Source: Macrostomum hystrix
Taxonomy: Eukaryota; Animalia; Platyhelminthes
Assembly (NCBI GenBank): GCA_950097015.1
Contig: CATNEN010000038.1
Coordinates: 744,001-808,000, forward strand
Direction of reading: 5' to 3'
Length of the DNA: 64,000 nt
How positions within the stretch are numbered: position 1 is the first letter of the stretch; every line of letters starts with the position of its first letter. The position numbers and the translations under genes were made by a program. This document shows positions 10,655-22,900 of this stretch, piece by piece. The notes beneath the pieces were generated by a model. That model was not told where the DNA came from. It was given only the letters and a program-made list of their open reading frames with translations, and did not search any database.

Positions 10655-13600
10655 TCTTCTTCTTCTGAATCCACCGTCCCCAAAGCTGCTACAGGCAGCG
10701 AGGAGGAGGAGCGCTCAGAGGCGCCCCAGTCTGCGCAGGAGGGCGAGGACTTGTTCAGGGTATAAATGCAGGGCCTCGTCCCAGTTGTCGTAGCGAACAC
10801 GGGTACCGTCGCCGCGCGGGCACTCGAAGAGAATGTGCTCTTCAGTATCGAGGTTGCCACAGTCGCGGCAGAGCGGGTCGTCAGTGAGGCCGAGACGATG
10901 GCGGGTGGAATTGGCCAGCATCGAGCATCCCGCCCTGAGCTGGTTGATGGCGACCGTCTCGGTGCGGCTGAGGTGTTTGGGGGTGGAGCGCCAGCACGGC
11001 CCCAGCACCTCGAGGTCAAGGGCGGCTCTCGCCCGGCGAAGGGCCGCCTTAGCAGCTTGGAAAGAGATGGGCCTGTCCTGCTGTCGTTCCAGACGGGCGC
11101 GATTAGCGTAGCGGTCGGCCAACTCATTTCCCGGGATGTCGCAGTGCACCGGGACCCAAACAAACTCGCAGCTGTGTTGAAAGGCGCTCAGCGTTGCCCA
11201 GCAAAGGCTGCCATCAGCCGAGCGCTGCTCGCAGGGGCCGTGCTCAAGGGCTGCCAGCGCCGCCAGCGAGTCGCTATGGATGCGGATCGACGTCCCGTGG
11301 TCCGGCGTCAGCTGTCTGATGTAATCGAGGGCCGCCCGTATCGCGCATATCTCCGCCTGGAAGGAGCAAGCAACCCGGCCGGCAGGGGCGGCAATAATGG
11401 TACCCCACCTGCGGGTGTTGATAACGGCGGCGCCCCAGGCATCCGAGGTGCCGTCCCTGACGGAGCCGTCGGTCCAGACGTCGATGTCCGTCGGTTGGAG
11501 ATCGGCAAGGAAGTTCAGCGCCCGGTCGCGTCGGATGCTCGTCGGGAGATAGCGGGCGCACAAAGCGGTGAGCGCCAGGTTGAAGTGGATCCGTGGATTG
11601 TCCATCCGGCAGTTGATCTCGGGGGTCGGCGGCGGGTATGGCTCGCGTGGAAGGGCCTCAAGGTGGGCGGCCTCAGTGAGCTCAAGAGCCACGCGACGCC
11701 AGCAACCTCGGAACGGACGACGATAGTCATTTAGAAGCAGAGGATTGATAGTCGGTTCCTGGCGACGATTGGCACTTTCAAAAGCGCGATTGAGGAGCCT
11801 GCTGCGGGTGATGCGCTCTGCGGAGTCGTGGGCCGGGACGTCATCTGGCAGGCGGAGGACGCGTTCGCGGAGGAGTGCGGCGCGCTCAAGGATCACGTGT
11901 CCAAAAGGCGGTAGGTTCGCTGCGGCTAGGAGGTTCGTAGAGCGAGTGAGCTGCGGGCATCCGGTGATGATGCGCGCACAAGCGTTCTGCTGCTGCTCTA
12001 TCAACAATTTGGTACTCGGCGCGGCGCTCGCTCCCCAGATGCCGCAGCCATGGTCGGCGACGGCACGGATGGTCGCCAGGTAGGCAGTGCGTAGGACATT
12101 CTGGGAGGCACCGGCCTTCCTGCTCGCGAGGCTAGCCAGGGCTCGGCGGCGTTGGCTCATGCGCTTACGGACGTCAGCAGCGTGGGACTTGAAGTTGAGT
12201 TGGCCGTCGAGAACCAAGCCAAGGAACCTGGGATTCGGGTCGAAGTTGAGAGGCTCATTGCCGAGCTGGAGCGGGACCCGGACCTTCCCATTGACCTCAT
12301 TCGGAGCAAGGGTGAACGTGCAGTAGCAGCACTTGTTGGTACTTAATTCGATCTTCCAGCGGGAGCACCAGCTGGTCACGGCATCCAGAGCTGGTTGGAG
12401 AACCTCGGCACACTTGAGCAGGGATGGTTGTGTGGCCAGGAGCGCCGAATCGTCCGCGTACAGGCTTATTCCGCAGTTGGGAGATGCCTCGGTAACGTCT
12501 GTGGCAAGATCGTTGACGAAGATGTTCCAGAGGGTCGGGGCCAGCACCGACCCTTGTGGCAGACCCTCCCGAAAAGTGCGTTGGCTGCTCATGGTGCCGT
12601 TCCAACACACCGTAGCTCTGCGATCTTCGAGGAAAGCGGCCGTCCAGCTGATCGTGTTGGCATCGATGCCGAGCCGGACCATCTTGTAGGTCAGGGCCTC
12701 TTTCCAGACAGATTCGTACGCGCTCTTGAAATCCTGGCAGCTGAGGATGCTCCCGAAGGCCGGGGAGCGCTCGAGGCCGTCAAAAATGTCTTGGCAGACA
12801 CGCGCCAGTTGTTCCTCCGTGCTACGTCCGCGGCGGAACCCAGCTTGGGCCGGCGAGAGCAGGCCCTTAGATTCAAGTTCATGTTGCAAGCGTTGTAACA
12901 CCATACGCTCCGCACACTTAGCAACGCAGCTCGTGAGAGCCACTGGCCTGTAGGAGGCCACAAGCTTCGGGTCCTTCCCCTTTTTTGCGATCGGGATGAT
13001 GGTCGCCAGCCGCCAGCTGCGCGGACATTGCTTGTTAGTCCAGGTAGCATTGATTAGGTCGAGTAACCGTTGGTCGAACCGGGTGCTGAGCCGCTTGAGC
13101 ATCTCATTGTGGATGCCGTCAGGACCTGGGCTCTTGCCTGATTTTAGGCGACGGATGGCAGCGTGGAGTTCAGCCATGGAGAAGGGGACAGCAGTGGTTA
13201 CCGGATTCTTGCGGGCCATCTTAGCGACATCCCGGACGGGGGCGTCCGTCTTGCGGCGGCGCACTCTGGCGACGGAGGCATAGTGCTGGCAAAAGGTGTC
13301 CGCTTTTTCTTTATCGGTACGGGCTGGGCGAAGGTCCGACCCATCCGGCGCAGTGCGGGCGATGTCCACCTTGCCGCGCTGTGGTGCCCTGTCGCCTCGC
13401 GTGGCGCGGAGAAATTGGAAGAGATCGCTGCCGACGGTGAGGTGTTGTGCCCGGTCTTCGAGGTACTCGCGGCGTTCTTTGCGGATGGTGTTTCCCGCCT
13501 CGTGTCTGGCCCGGTTGTAGTCGGCTAAGCTCTGAGGATTTGGCATGGCTTCGGCTTCTTTCCGCTTCTGGTTGCAGTTGTCTCGGGCTTTTTCGCAGTT

Positions 13601-14590
13601 GGAGTTCCAGAAAGGTGGCCTGTGGTTCGAAGGACTGCCGCGGGGTATCGCGAGGGCCGCTGCTTCAAGGATGTCACTGCAAAACGCGGCGTGTCGCTGC
13701 TCGATGCTGCCCCAGGCTTGCGGGCCCTGGAGTTCATCGAGGTGCTGCTGGAAGGCGGTCCATTGGGCTTTGCGAAAGCTCCAGCGGGTACGGCGGCGGG
13801 TGTCACGGCATTGGCGTAACCGTGTCAGCGGGAACGTGATTGGCAGGTGGTCGCTGCCCATATCACGCTCCGTCCTCCAGCCGTTGGCGATGTTCGCTGC
13901 CAGGCGCTCACTGGCGAGCGTCAGGTCCGGGGAGCTGCGGGAGCCGCTGCTTGGGCTGCTGCGGGTGTGTGCGGCACCATTGCAAATTTGGAGATGGTTA
14001 GCAGAGCACCAGTGTTCGATCGAGTGGCCCCTCTCGTCCTCATCGACCCAGCCGTCCCAGCTGCCATGGCCGTTGAAGTCCCCTCCGATCACCGTGGTGT
14101 CATTCGTTGGGAGGAGTGCGAGGTTCGGTGTCCAATTGTCGTGGCGCTGGGCACTCGCAGGCGGCGCGTAAACGTTGACAATTTGGACTGGCGCGCTGTC
14201 TTCGGGGTGGATGGTAATAGCAGCAGCGTCCAGTTTGTCCTGGTCTTGTGGGATAGGCGGAAGGTTGCTGTACCGAACGTCGAGGCGCACCAGGGTGATG
14301 ACTCCGCCCCTGCCGGTCGTCTTTTTTTGTTTCTTGGTGTTAACGGCCGGGGGCGACGCCGTCCTATTGCGCCCCAACGCATCACTGGGCTTGGCCCCGT
14401 CTGGCGGTTGAATTTGCGCCTGTGGGAGCGGGTTGTCCCGCTCGGAGCAAGCGGTGCGGCGGGAGCGGCAGCCGCGGCACCAGTTGCTACGGTCGTCTGG
14501 GAACCGGAGGCGACACGTAGGTCTGGCCACCAGCCTTCCAGCAACGCGCATCGACGGTCCGCCGGTATCGTCGGAGGTGTCCGGCTGGTC
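10655..14590 (-). mobile_element. Non-LTR retrotransposon, Ingi/I-group-like (APE-RT-RNase H), 5'-truncated or degenerate
   Basis: (GAA)4 3' tail at 10655-10666; GCTACAACTGCT flanks both ends (10643-10654, 14591-14602), a probable TSD although the target is itself repetitive; long ORF inside. Confidence 0.9.
10715..14551 (-). CDS. LINE polyprotein: AP endonuclease (C-terminal part), reverse transcriptase, RNase H, C-terminal zinc knuckle
   Basis: NVYAPP, GGDFNGH, PDLT, SDHLPI (APE); GKSPGPDGI, YRPVAL, QAGFR, PQGSVLAP, YADD (RT); TDGS, AEICAI, SDS, GNELAD (RNase H); CRDC...EHILFEC. Confidence 0.93.
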   Translation of the reverse strand: MRVAGRLVARPTCRLRFPDDRSNWCRGCRSRRTACSERDNPLPQAQIQPPDGAKPSDALGRNRTASPPAVNTKKQKKTTGRGGVITLVRLDVRYSNLPPIPQDQDKLDAAAITIHPEDSAPVQIVNVYAPPASAQRHDNWTPNLALLPTNDTTVIGGDFNGHGSWDGWVDEDERGHSIEHWCSANHLQICNGAAHTRSSPSSGSRSSPDLTLASERLAANIANGWRTERDMGSDHLPITFPLTRLRQCRDTRRRTRWSFRKAQWTAFQQHLDELQGPQAWGSIEQRHAAFCSDILEAAALAIPRGSPSNHRPPFWNSNCEKARDNCNQKRKEAEAMPNPQSLADYNRARHEAGNTIRKERREYLEDRAQHLTVGSDLFQFLRATRGDRAPQRGKVDIARTAPDGSDLRPARTDKEKADTFCQHYASVARVRRRKTDAPVRDVAKMARKNPVTTAVPFSMAELHAAIRRLKSGKSPGPDGIHNEMLKRLSTRFDQRLLDLINATWTNKQCPRSWRLATIIPIAKKGKDPKLVASYRPVALTSCVAKCAERMVLQRLQHELESKGLLSPAQAGFRRGRSTEEQLARVCQDIFDGLERSPAFGSILSCQDFKSAYESVWKEALTYKMVRLGIDANTISWTAAFLEDRRATVCWNGTMSSQRTFREGLPQGSVLAPTLWNIFVNDLATDVTEASPNCGISLYADDSALLATQPSLLKCAEVLQPALDAVTSWCSRWKIELSTNKCCYCTFTLAPNEVNGKVRVPLQLGNEPLNFDPNPRFLGLVLDGQLNFKSHAADVRKRMSQRRRALASLASRKAGASQNVLRTAYLATIRAVADHGCGIWGASAAPSTKLLIEQQQNACARIITGCPQLTRSTNLLAAANLPPFGHVILERAALLRERVLRLPDDVPAHDSAERITRSRLLNRAFESANRRQEPTINPLLLNDYRRPFRGCWRRVALELTEAAHLEALPREPYPPPTPEINCRMDNPRIHFNLALTALCARYLPTSIRRDRALNFLADLQPTDIDVWTDGSVRDGTSDAWGAAVINTRRWGTIIAAPAGRVACSFQAEICAIRAALDYIRQLTPDHGTSIRIHSDSLAALAALEHGPCEQRSADGSLCWATLSAFQHSCEFVWVPVHCDIPGNELADRYANRARLERQQDRPISFQAAKAALRRARAALDLEVLGPCWRSTPKHLSRTETVAINQLRAGCSMLANSTRHRLGLTDDPLCRDCGNLDTEEHILFECPRGDGTRVRYDNWDEALHLYPEQVLALLRRLGRL

Positions 14591-15050
14591 GCTACAACTG
14601 CTGCTGTCTACTCTGGTGCTACAACTTCTGCTGCTTACTCTGGTGCTACAACTGCTGCTGCCTACTCTGGTGCTACAACTGCTGCTGCTTACTCTGGTGC
14701 TAACTGCTGCTGTCTACTCTGGTGCTACAACTGCTGCTGCCTACTCTGGTGCTACAACTGCTGCTGTCTACTCTGGTGCTACAACTGCTGCTGCCTACTC
14801 TGGTGCTACAACTGCTGCTGTCTACTCTGGTGCTACAACTGTTGCTGCTTACTCTGGTGCTACAACTGCTGCTGCCTACTCTGGTGCTACAACTGCTGCT
14901 GCCTACTCTGGTGCTACAACTGTTGCTGCCTACTCTGGTGCTACAACTGCTGCTGCTTACTCTGGTGCTAACTGCTGCTGCCTACTCTGGTGCTACAACT
15001 GCTGCTGCCTACTCTGGTGCTACAACTGCTGCTGCCTACTCTGGTGCTGA
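14591..15050. repeat. 27-bp minisatellite, right part
   Basis: Same unit as 9761-10654. Confidence 0.95.
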
Positions 15051-16443
15051 TGTTACTGCGGCTACAGCTGACCCGAGTGATTCTGCCGTTTCTATTGCTG
15101 GTGACGGATCTGCAATGTCTGCTGATTAATTTGAGAATAAATGTTCGGAGTCATTTTTTACCCACCCCCAAGACAGAATCATAGTCACGCAGAGTTTTGG
15201 TCAGGCTGTTTTAGAGCGCACATAGCGGGTAACTTGTGCTGCTGCAGCTCCTTCCTGGATCAAAGCTCTCTCTTCTTGAACTCCCCCTGATCTCAAACCC
15301 AACAAGCAAACACAGGAAGCAACAGCTGCAAAAGAAAGGGTCCACAAAGCCATGTGTCATTTTAAAGAAGCGTCGAGTAGGTAAGGGAAATAGCGGGGTA
15401 GGAAGGGAGAAAATGGAGTGGGTAGGGTAGTGGTGGCAGTGCAGACATGTCCAGAGAGAATTGTGCGGTGGTAGAATATCGGCGCCTTCTTAATCTAACG
15501 CATGCTTGAAGCAGACCTTAGCTTTTCAGACCCCCTACTGCTCTCACCACCCAGTCCCCTTACAGAGTCACAATGAGCCCGGAACTCCTCCTTAAAATCA
15601 ATAATTATCGGTTCTCCCAATAATACACACATGAACTTTACAGACGGTTTTTCCATGCGTTTAATGCTTGCCCAATTCAGAGAACGCAGCCGGAGCAGCA
15701 GTAGTTGCCATTACGATACTTATTTTTCTGTCTGCATTATTTTATGCTATGCTTGCATCCCATATGCTTACCATTTTTCATCTACACACTCAACTAAATG
15801 GAAAACGCTAAATGGAAAATAACAACACGAAAATTCGCTACGGAAGAACTGAGCTCCATATAGAGACCAGGCTTTTGTTGAAAGATTCAATCTAACTTTA
15901 GCAAAGTGACTTTTCACAAAGCAGACAGCTGAACAGCTGAAACTAAACAGTGGCCAATACTATTGAAACATTGAAAGTTTCATTTAAACTAAAAAATACC
16001 ATCAAATGCCAGTTTTAATGTGAATATTTTATATTTGTACAAAAGAAAGTCTTTGTTGTACTATCTTTTTCAAAGATTTAAACATATTGACGAGATTTTG
16101 TTCACTACAACCGAAGGAACATTTTTATTCTACGTCTTTTGTCCTACAAAATATTTCAATTGCGACGAAAATATAATTTTAAACAGAGAAAGAAAATACT
16201 TTGAAATGTTTTATATGGCGGATTGGACATGTTTATATTTCTACCGAACAGAAAGTAGCATAAAAATCCTACAACTAAAATTTACTTGAGTGGGTCTCGT
16301 GGTGTTTAAATTAATAGAGAAACAATTTAGTCGTTTGTCATGCCTTTAAGTCATTCGAGAGGCATTTTCGTACTTCGAGAGGCATTTGAGTCATTGCATT
16401 GTTTGCAAAATTAAAGGCTGAATTTTCAAACTAAGGCTGTGAC

Positions 16444-16953
16444 CTAGCAGACGGTGACTGCGGCGGCTGCCAAGCTGGCCAGGCTTACCAGGATGGCGGC
16501 GGAAACTCCGCCAGTTCTCAGGCCGTCACTAAACGGTCCGGGCGGACCGCTGTTTAAGCTGCCACCGTTGCCGGCGAACTTGCAGTCGGGCGGGGCGAAT
16601 CCTGCCGGACAGTGGCAGTATCCGCGCGAGTTCACGATGCCACCGTTTTGGCAGGTGACATTGCCAGCCACAGCGGTTCGGGCACGAATATCCGAGGTGG
16701 ATTGGCAAAGTCCGGCTAGGCACATTTGCTCGTCGTTACGGTTTCCGCAACGCGCACCGTCTGGCACTCGATCGGGTGCGTGCACCGCCAGACGGTAGCT
16801 GCAAATGGCATAGCCGCACGTTTCTGGACCTCTCCCGGTTACAGTCGAACCGCAGTTCGCCAAATACGGAATCGGGAAACCATTTTCGGCAGGCGCAAAG
16901 TTGGCGCACATTGCCATATCACAGTCCGTGAGTCTTAACGGGCACCAGGATCT
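16444..16953 (-). CDS. ADAM copy A Cys-rich + EGF-like + hydrophobic tail exon
   Basis: VPDGARCG...MCLAGLC; CQNGGIVNSRGYCHCPAGFAPPDC; GGSLNSGP; hydrophobic end. Confidence 0.9.
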   Translation of the reverse strand, partial: RSWCPLRLTDCDMAMCANFAPAENGFPIPYLANCGSTVTGRGPETCGYAICSYRLAVHAPDRVPDGARCGNRNDEQMCLAGLCQSTSDIRARTAVAGNVTCQNGGIVNSRGYCHCPAGFAPPDCKFAGNGGSLNSGPPGPFSDGLRTGGVSAAILVSLASLAAAAVTVC

Positions 16954-19900
16954 CTGCAAGCGGTGAAGAAGTAGCTCGTGTGATGGTTAATTAATTGGTG
17001 AACTAGACAGCGAATCGGAATCGCTCAGGAGGAAGAGACGCAATAAATAGTGAGGTGAGCTTGACGGCTGACTTAAAAGGCAGTCAATATCGTTTTGCAG
17101 GAAAAGAAGCAATTCAATCAAAGTGAATACAAGCGTTAGTAGCTTTAAGAGCTTCCGAGAGTGATGGAATTCCTCAGACTCACGGCATCCTGTGCCGTCG
17201 GTCCCCAGAGTAACTGACACTGAGTCTGGGCGGAGCCGCACAGACCGTTGGCGCAGAAGTTGCTGCCGCACGGTGTCCCGTCTCTGGCAGTGAAATCGTC
17301 CGGGCAGGTTGAGTTGACGCCGTTACAGAATTCCGGCAGGTCGCATTCTCCTTTGGCGGCGCGGCAGACGGTGCCAGTCGGGCGCGGCTGACAGACAGTC
17401 AGGTCGCAGCAGCGCCCCGCGGCGCAGGTAGCGGATTCGGCCAGCTGGCAGGAGGTGGCGTTGCAGCAGGCGTTGCCTCTGTGAAATGGTTGGTGAGCTG
17501 ATAACTAACAACTTCTTTGCTACCTGTGACACAAAGCTCGAGACTTTGGATCTTGTTAGTTTCAAAATAGATGAAAAAGATGTAGAAAAAAAATCTATAT
17601 TGCACCGAAATCCACTTGGCACAGCCGCAGCTATTGCGCAGCGCTTCCAAATACTATGTGTACAGCTGTTCAGACTGTGTACTGAGTGCTGCCACTCCTA
17701 CCGAAATTTCCACGCCAGCAGATGTTGCTAGTCAATTTACAGCTGGGTGAAATGACGCAATGAGGGAATTGATTTAAGCGTCTGGCTCAGAAACACAGGT
17801 TATTTCCTTCGGGCTGCGATTCGAACTCCCGAACTACTCAGACGGAGTTGTCTTTCAATGTGCGGCAGTCACTTTTTGTAGGTATTCGTTTTTTATAGCA
17901 CACACGACACGCAAAACTCCTAACATAGCTCGTAGGAAGAATTAGTAGAGCATAAAATGAACAATTGCAAGAGGGCTGCGGGCAATGGCTCATCATTTGA
18001 CGACACTAGACCCCCAGCCAGCGAGGAGGCAATTCTGCCCATTTCCCTGACTCCCGAGCACACCTACTCACACAGGTGTGTACATCTGCAATCAATTTCT
18101 CATCATCAGGCAGTGTAGACTGTCTCTGTGCCCTGGAGGTTGGCCCCCAACGACGCAAATTGCACTACAAGCCCCAAGCCTTCTATCCGCGGCTGCGGGC
18201 CAAATTAATAAGTGAAAGTAATTCTAACCTGAGTTGTTGGGCAGCCAAGTGAAAAGTGAAAAATCCCAAGATTGGGTTAGATTGAAGAAGTCAAATCCCA
18301 GTTGACTGAGTACCCAGACCTACTCATCCCCTGCACCGCCACGACAACCGGCCTCGCCGCCGCAGTCGCAGGCCTCGCCGGGTTCCAGCAGGCCGTTGCC
18401 GCAGACCGCTTTTGGCCAATCCGCGGCTACTGGCAGGCGAAGCCCGCCCGGTTTGTCGGTCTCCGGTCTCGGCAACAGCAGGCAGTGACGGACGCCGGAA
18501 TCCAGGAAGCCCAGCAGGCCGTGTACTGAGCAGGACGACCAGCCGATGTCGCGCCAGTCGCTGTTAGACTGCATTGTGGCGCCCATCATGCAGGCTGAGT
18601 AGGGACAGTTGCAGTCCCGTCCTGGATATTCGTGATCGTGCTGGACGCCCAGGTTGTGGGCCAGTTCGTGTGCCATGGTCAGCCCGGTGCCATGAGCCCA
18701 CTGGCGAGTCTGGGGGAGTGCAGTCGGTGATATCAGAGATATTCGATATTCGGGATACCAGATTAGGGAGACTGGGAAACAGAGATTAGGGGGATGAGGA
18801 CCCAAGATTAGGGAGACAGGGAAACAGAGATTAGGGAGGCCTGTTAGACCTGTTAGACGTGTCTATCCCCCGAATAGAGATTAGAGACACTAGGGGATAA
18901 AGAATAGGGAGACTGGAGATCGAGAGAGGAATTGAAAAAAGAGGGTACTGGTCTCCCGATTCATTCTAATATAGGGATTAGTGTCTTCTACTGGAAGCCA
19001 GTTTGTTAGTTACTTACAACGCTGAGGCCAGCGCAATTCAATGAAGATAAAATTGACATTGTTTTGCATATGTTTCCTGTGGAGGCAATGCCAAATGTGG
19101 AGCCGTAGCTTTCTCTTCCACTGAAATTTGAGTTGATGAAGGTTTTAATATAGTTTTTGGCTATGCACTCGTAATTTGGTACCCGACCGAATTGTCCATT
19201 AGAAGTGTCTAGTAGATGGGAGTCTGGTAGGTTAAAGTATTGTCGATAAGAGAGTCTTGTAGCCATGTATCCATGGGACTCTTTTGTATAATAGAGTCTG
19301 GTAGACTGAAGTATTTTGGATGAGAGAGTCTGGTAGACTGGACTCTTTTGGATAAGAGAGTCTGGTAGACTGGACTCTTTTGGATGAGAGTCTGGTAGAC
19401 TGGAGTGTTTTGGATGAGAGAGTCTGGTAGACTGGAGTATTTTGGGTGAGAGAGTCTGGTAGACTGGACTCTTTTGGATGAGAGGGTCTGGTGGACTGGA
19501 CTCTTTTGGATGAGAGAGTCTGGTAGACTGGAGTGTTTTGGATGAGAGAGTCTGGTAGACTGGAGTTTTTTGGATGAGAGAGTCTGGTAGACTGGAGTGT
19601 TTTGGATGAGAGAGTCTGGTAGACTGGACTCTTTTGGATGAGAGAGTCTGGTAGACTGGACTCTTTTGGATGAGAGAGTCTGGTAGACTGGAGTGTTTTG
19701 GATGAGAGAGTCTGGTAGACTGGACTCTTTTGGATGAGAGAGTCTGGTAGACTGGAGTCTTTTGGAAAAGAGATTCTGGTATAGATTAAAGCATTGCCAA
19801 TAAGATAGGAGTCTTTTGTAGAAGGCAATGTGCTATCGGCTGTAGTCTTGCACATAGACAGTGAGCACTCAAGGCTATCCAATCAGCTCACTTAAGCAGG

Positions 19901-22900
19901 TGCACACAGTCGTAGTCCACTTCTTTGGGAATCGTCTGTGAATATGTCTTTATTAACTCCAGCGTGTCGCCCGGATTCCGAGTTGTCGGATTGGCGAAAT
20001 CGAAGTCAGAAATTGTACTGTTATGAATTTCCAGCGCGCTGACTACTACATAAATGTCGAAGCGACGAAATAACTGCAGAAATAGCGAAAAGATGCCTCT
20101 TATACTGCTTTAAGTACAGTGCGAAAAACTAACTGCAGCTTTATATATCCATAATTTTTTATGTGGAGTTATGTGGAGCTGTAGACCGCTCTGCCACTGA
20201 CACCCCGTGTCAACCTGTTGGACATGGGTATCACCTGTTAGACATGGGTATCACCTGTTAGACATTGGTTTCACTTGTTAGACACGGATGTCACCTGCTA
20301 GACCTGTTAGACGTGTGTATCACCTGTTAGACATGGGTATCACCTGTTAGACACGGGTGTCACCTGCTAGACCTGTTAGACGTGTGCATCACCTGTTAGT
20401 CATGGATATTACCTGTTAGACATGGATATTGTAATAACTAAGGCCGAGGCTATTTTTAGTGAGCAGACAAAACTCTCATTTTTACTGCCACGCTGAGCGC
20501 GCGTCAATTATTTGCTAGAACTGGGGTGGCGACACCCGCCCGCTCAAACCAATCAAACGACCCAGGTGTACACCTGGGCCTGGCTCACGTGCGTACGCAC
20601 ACCACATCTCTCCCCCTTCGAACAGAAACTGTGGACAGACAAAAGCGAACGAATTCGAGAAGCAAAATGTCGAAAAGAACGAAAAAAGAACTCGACCGAA
20701 AAAATATGCAGCTCTTGGAGGAAATAAAACACTCGCATTGATAGCCGCATCGGACTTGCAAAGAAAAGCATGCATGTGTTTGTTAATGTCAGTAGAAAAG
20801 TCAGTTCGTTTTCAGTCCTTGGTTTAATCCTTGTAGATCTTCACGCCACCCCGTGCAGCGCGGGGGTGCGGGCGCAGCGCCACCGGGGATTCGGGCGGGT
20901 CCCTCGCCGCCTTGCCTGGAGTTTCTGGCGCGGCCTGCAGCCTGGCACCAGCGTCATCTGATTCTGGGGTGACGACCTTGACCGCCGTGCAATGCCGCCA
21001 GAAGGCCGCGCCGTCACGAAGCAGCATCAGCGAGTTGCCGGCCACCCGCTGGACTGTCCAGGCGCCGCGCTCGAATGGCATTTGCGTCTTGCTGGCACCG
21101 ACTCGCCGTCGCAGCACCGAATCGCCGATCTGGATTTCGTGCCGCCGTGGCCGCCTCCTGGCGTCCACTCGCTGCTTCATCGCGGCCTTGGCGCTCGCAT
21201 CCAAATCTTGCAGCCGCTGCTCGTTGATGCGGACGCGCTGGGATGGCCGGGCGGCGGGGATGACATCGTTTGGTCGCCGGCCCATCAGCAGCTCGGCTGG
21301 CGCGCGGCCCGTGGCTGTGTGCGGCGTGTTCCTGTAGGCCAGCAGCCACTCGTCCAGAGCAGCCCTCCAGTCGCGCCGCTCCTCGATTGCCGCCCGCACG
21401 ACCTTGTTGATTGAGCGGTTCAGCCGCTCTGTCATGCCATTGGCGGCTGGGTAGTAAGGCGTGATGAGGCGGTGCTTGATGCCGTAGCTTTCTAAGAAAC
21501 GGACAAACTCCTTGGATGAAAATGGCGGCCCGTTGTCAGTTACGAGCTCCTGCGGGATGCCGAATCGCGCGAACATTTCACGCAGGCGTGGGATCAGTGC
21601 CTTGGCCGTCGTTGTCTGCATGAGCTGCACCTCGGGGAATCTCGAGTATCTGTCCACACACCAGCAGCATGTTGTTGATCGGGCCTACAAAGTCAGCCCC
21701 AATCGACAACCAGGCGCCCTTAGGGATCCGCGTTGGCTGTAGAGGCGTAGCCCGGACGGCTGGCGTGTGAGACATGATGGCACAGCTGCGGCACCGAGTG
21801 ACGAACTCCTCCGCTTGTGTTGCCATTCTCGACCACCAGACCTTGGTGCTGAGCCTTGCGGTCGTCTTCTGCGAGCACTGGTGTCCTTGGTGCGCTAGCT
21901 CGAGCATCTGCCGTAGAGCTGCTGGCACGACAATCCGCTGATGCCGAAGGAGAACTCCGTCTACTGCCGACAGCTCCTCTCGCAGCGCGTGGAGTGACTG
22001 CATCTCAGCGCTAGAGCGGTCCCATTGGCCGCCTTGCATCGCTGCTATCGCTGCCCGGATGACTGGGTCGCTGGCTGAGCTCTTGCGGATGTCTTCGAGC
22101 GTGAGCGCCTTCGGGACGGCCGCCTGTGCTACCTCGTTTATGTAGGCCTCTCTCAGCTGCTCGCTGGTCCTACTTCCTTCAGCGCTTAGAGGCTGCCTGC
22201 TGAGTATGTCTGCAGCATTGGACGCTCCTGGCTGGTATTCGACCTTGAATACCAGGTGCTGGATACGCAGCGCCATACGCTCGACTCGTGGAGGCGGCCG
22301 TGACCCTGGCGCATACATGGCTGTCAGCGGCTTGTGGTCGGAGATCACCGTGAATTCGGGCGATCCATACAAGTAGTACTCAAACTTCAGGCAGCCGAAC
22401 TTCACGGCGAGCGCCTCTTTTTCGGTCTGCGAATATCGCCGCTCGACGTCAGAGAGAGTCCGGCTCGCGTATGCGACTGGCCGCGAACTGCCGTCGTGCT
22501 GGACTGTACTTGCGCCAGGATTGCACCGAGTCCGGTTGGTCCCGCGTCCACAATCAGCTGTGTCCGTAGCCGCTTGTCGTAGAATGCCAGCGTTGTCGGC
22601 TCCGCAATGCTGCGCTTTAGCTGCGCAAAGGAGCTGGCCTGGTCGGCGCCCCACTGCCAGTCGGTGTTCTTCCGGGTCAGGCGCCGCAGCGGCTCCGCCA
22701 CCTTGGCCAGCTGTGGCGTGAATACTGCGAGATAATTCACGAGGCCCAAGAACGATCGAAGTTGACTTATCGTCTCTGGCTCCTTGAATTCTTGAACGGC
22801 GGCGACCTTGCTTTCTGTGGCTTGGACTTCTTCGGCCGTCAGTCGCATTCCCATAAACTCAATGCTGCTGCGTGCCAACCTGCATTTTCGAGCATTTAGC

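Noticed and set aside
10766-14971. Long plus-strand ORFs opposite the LINE, and similar ones opposite the Gypsy elements
   Set aside because: Antisense shadows of GC-rich coding sequence with no motifs.
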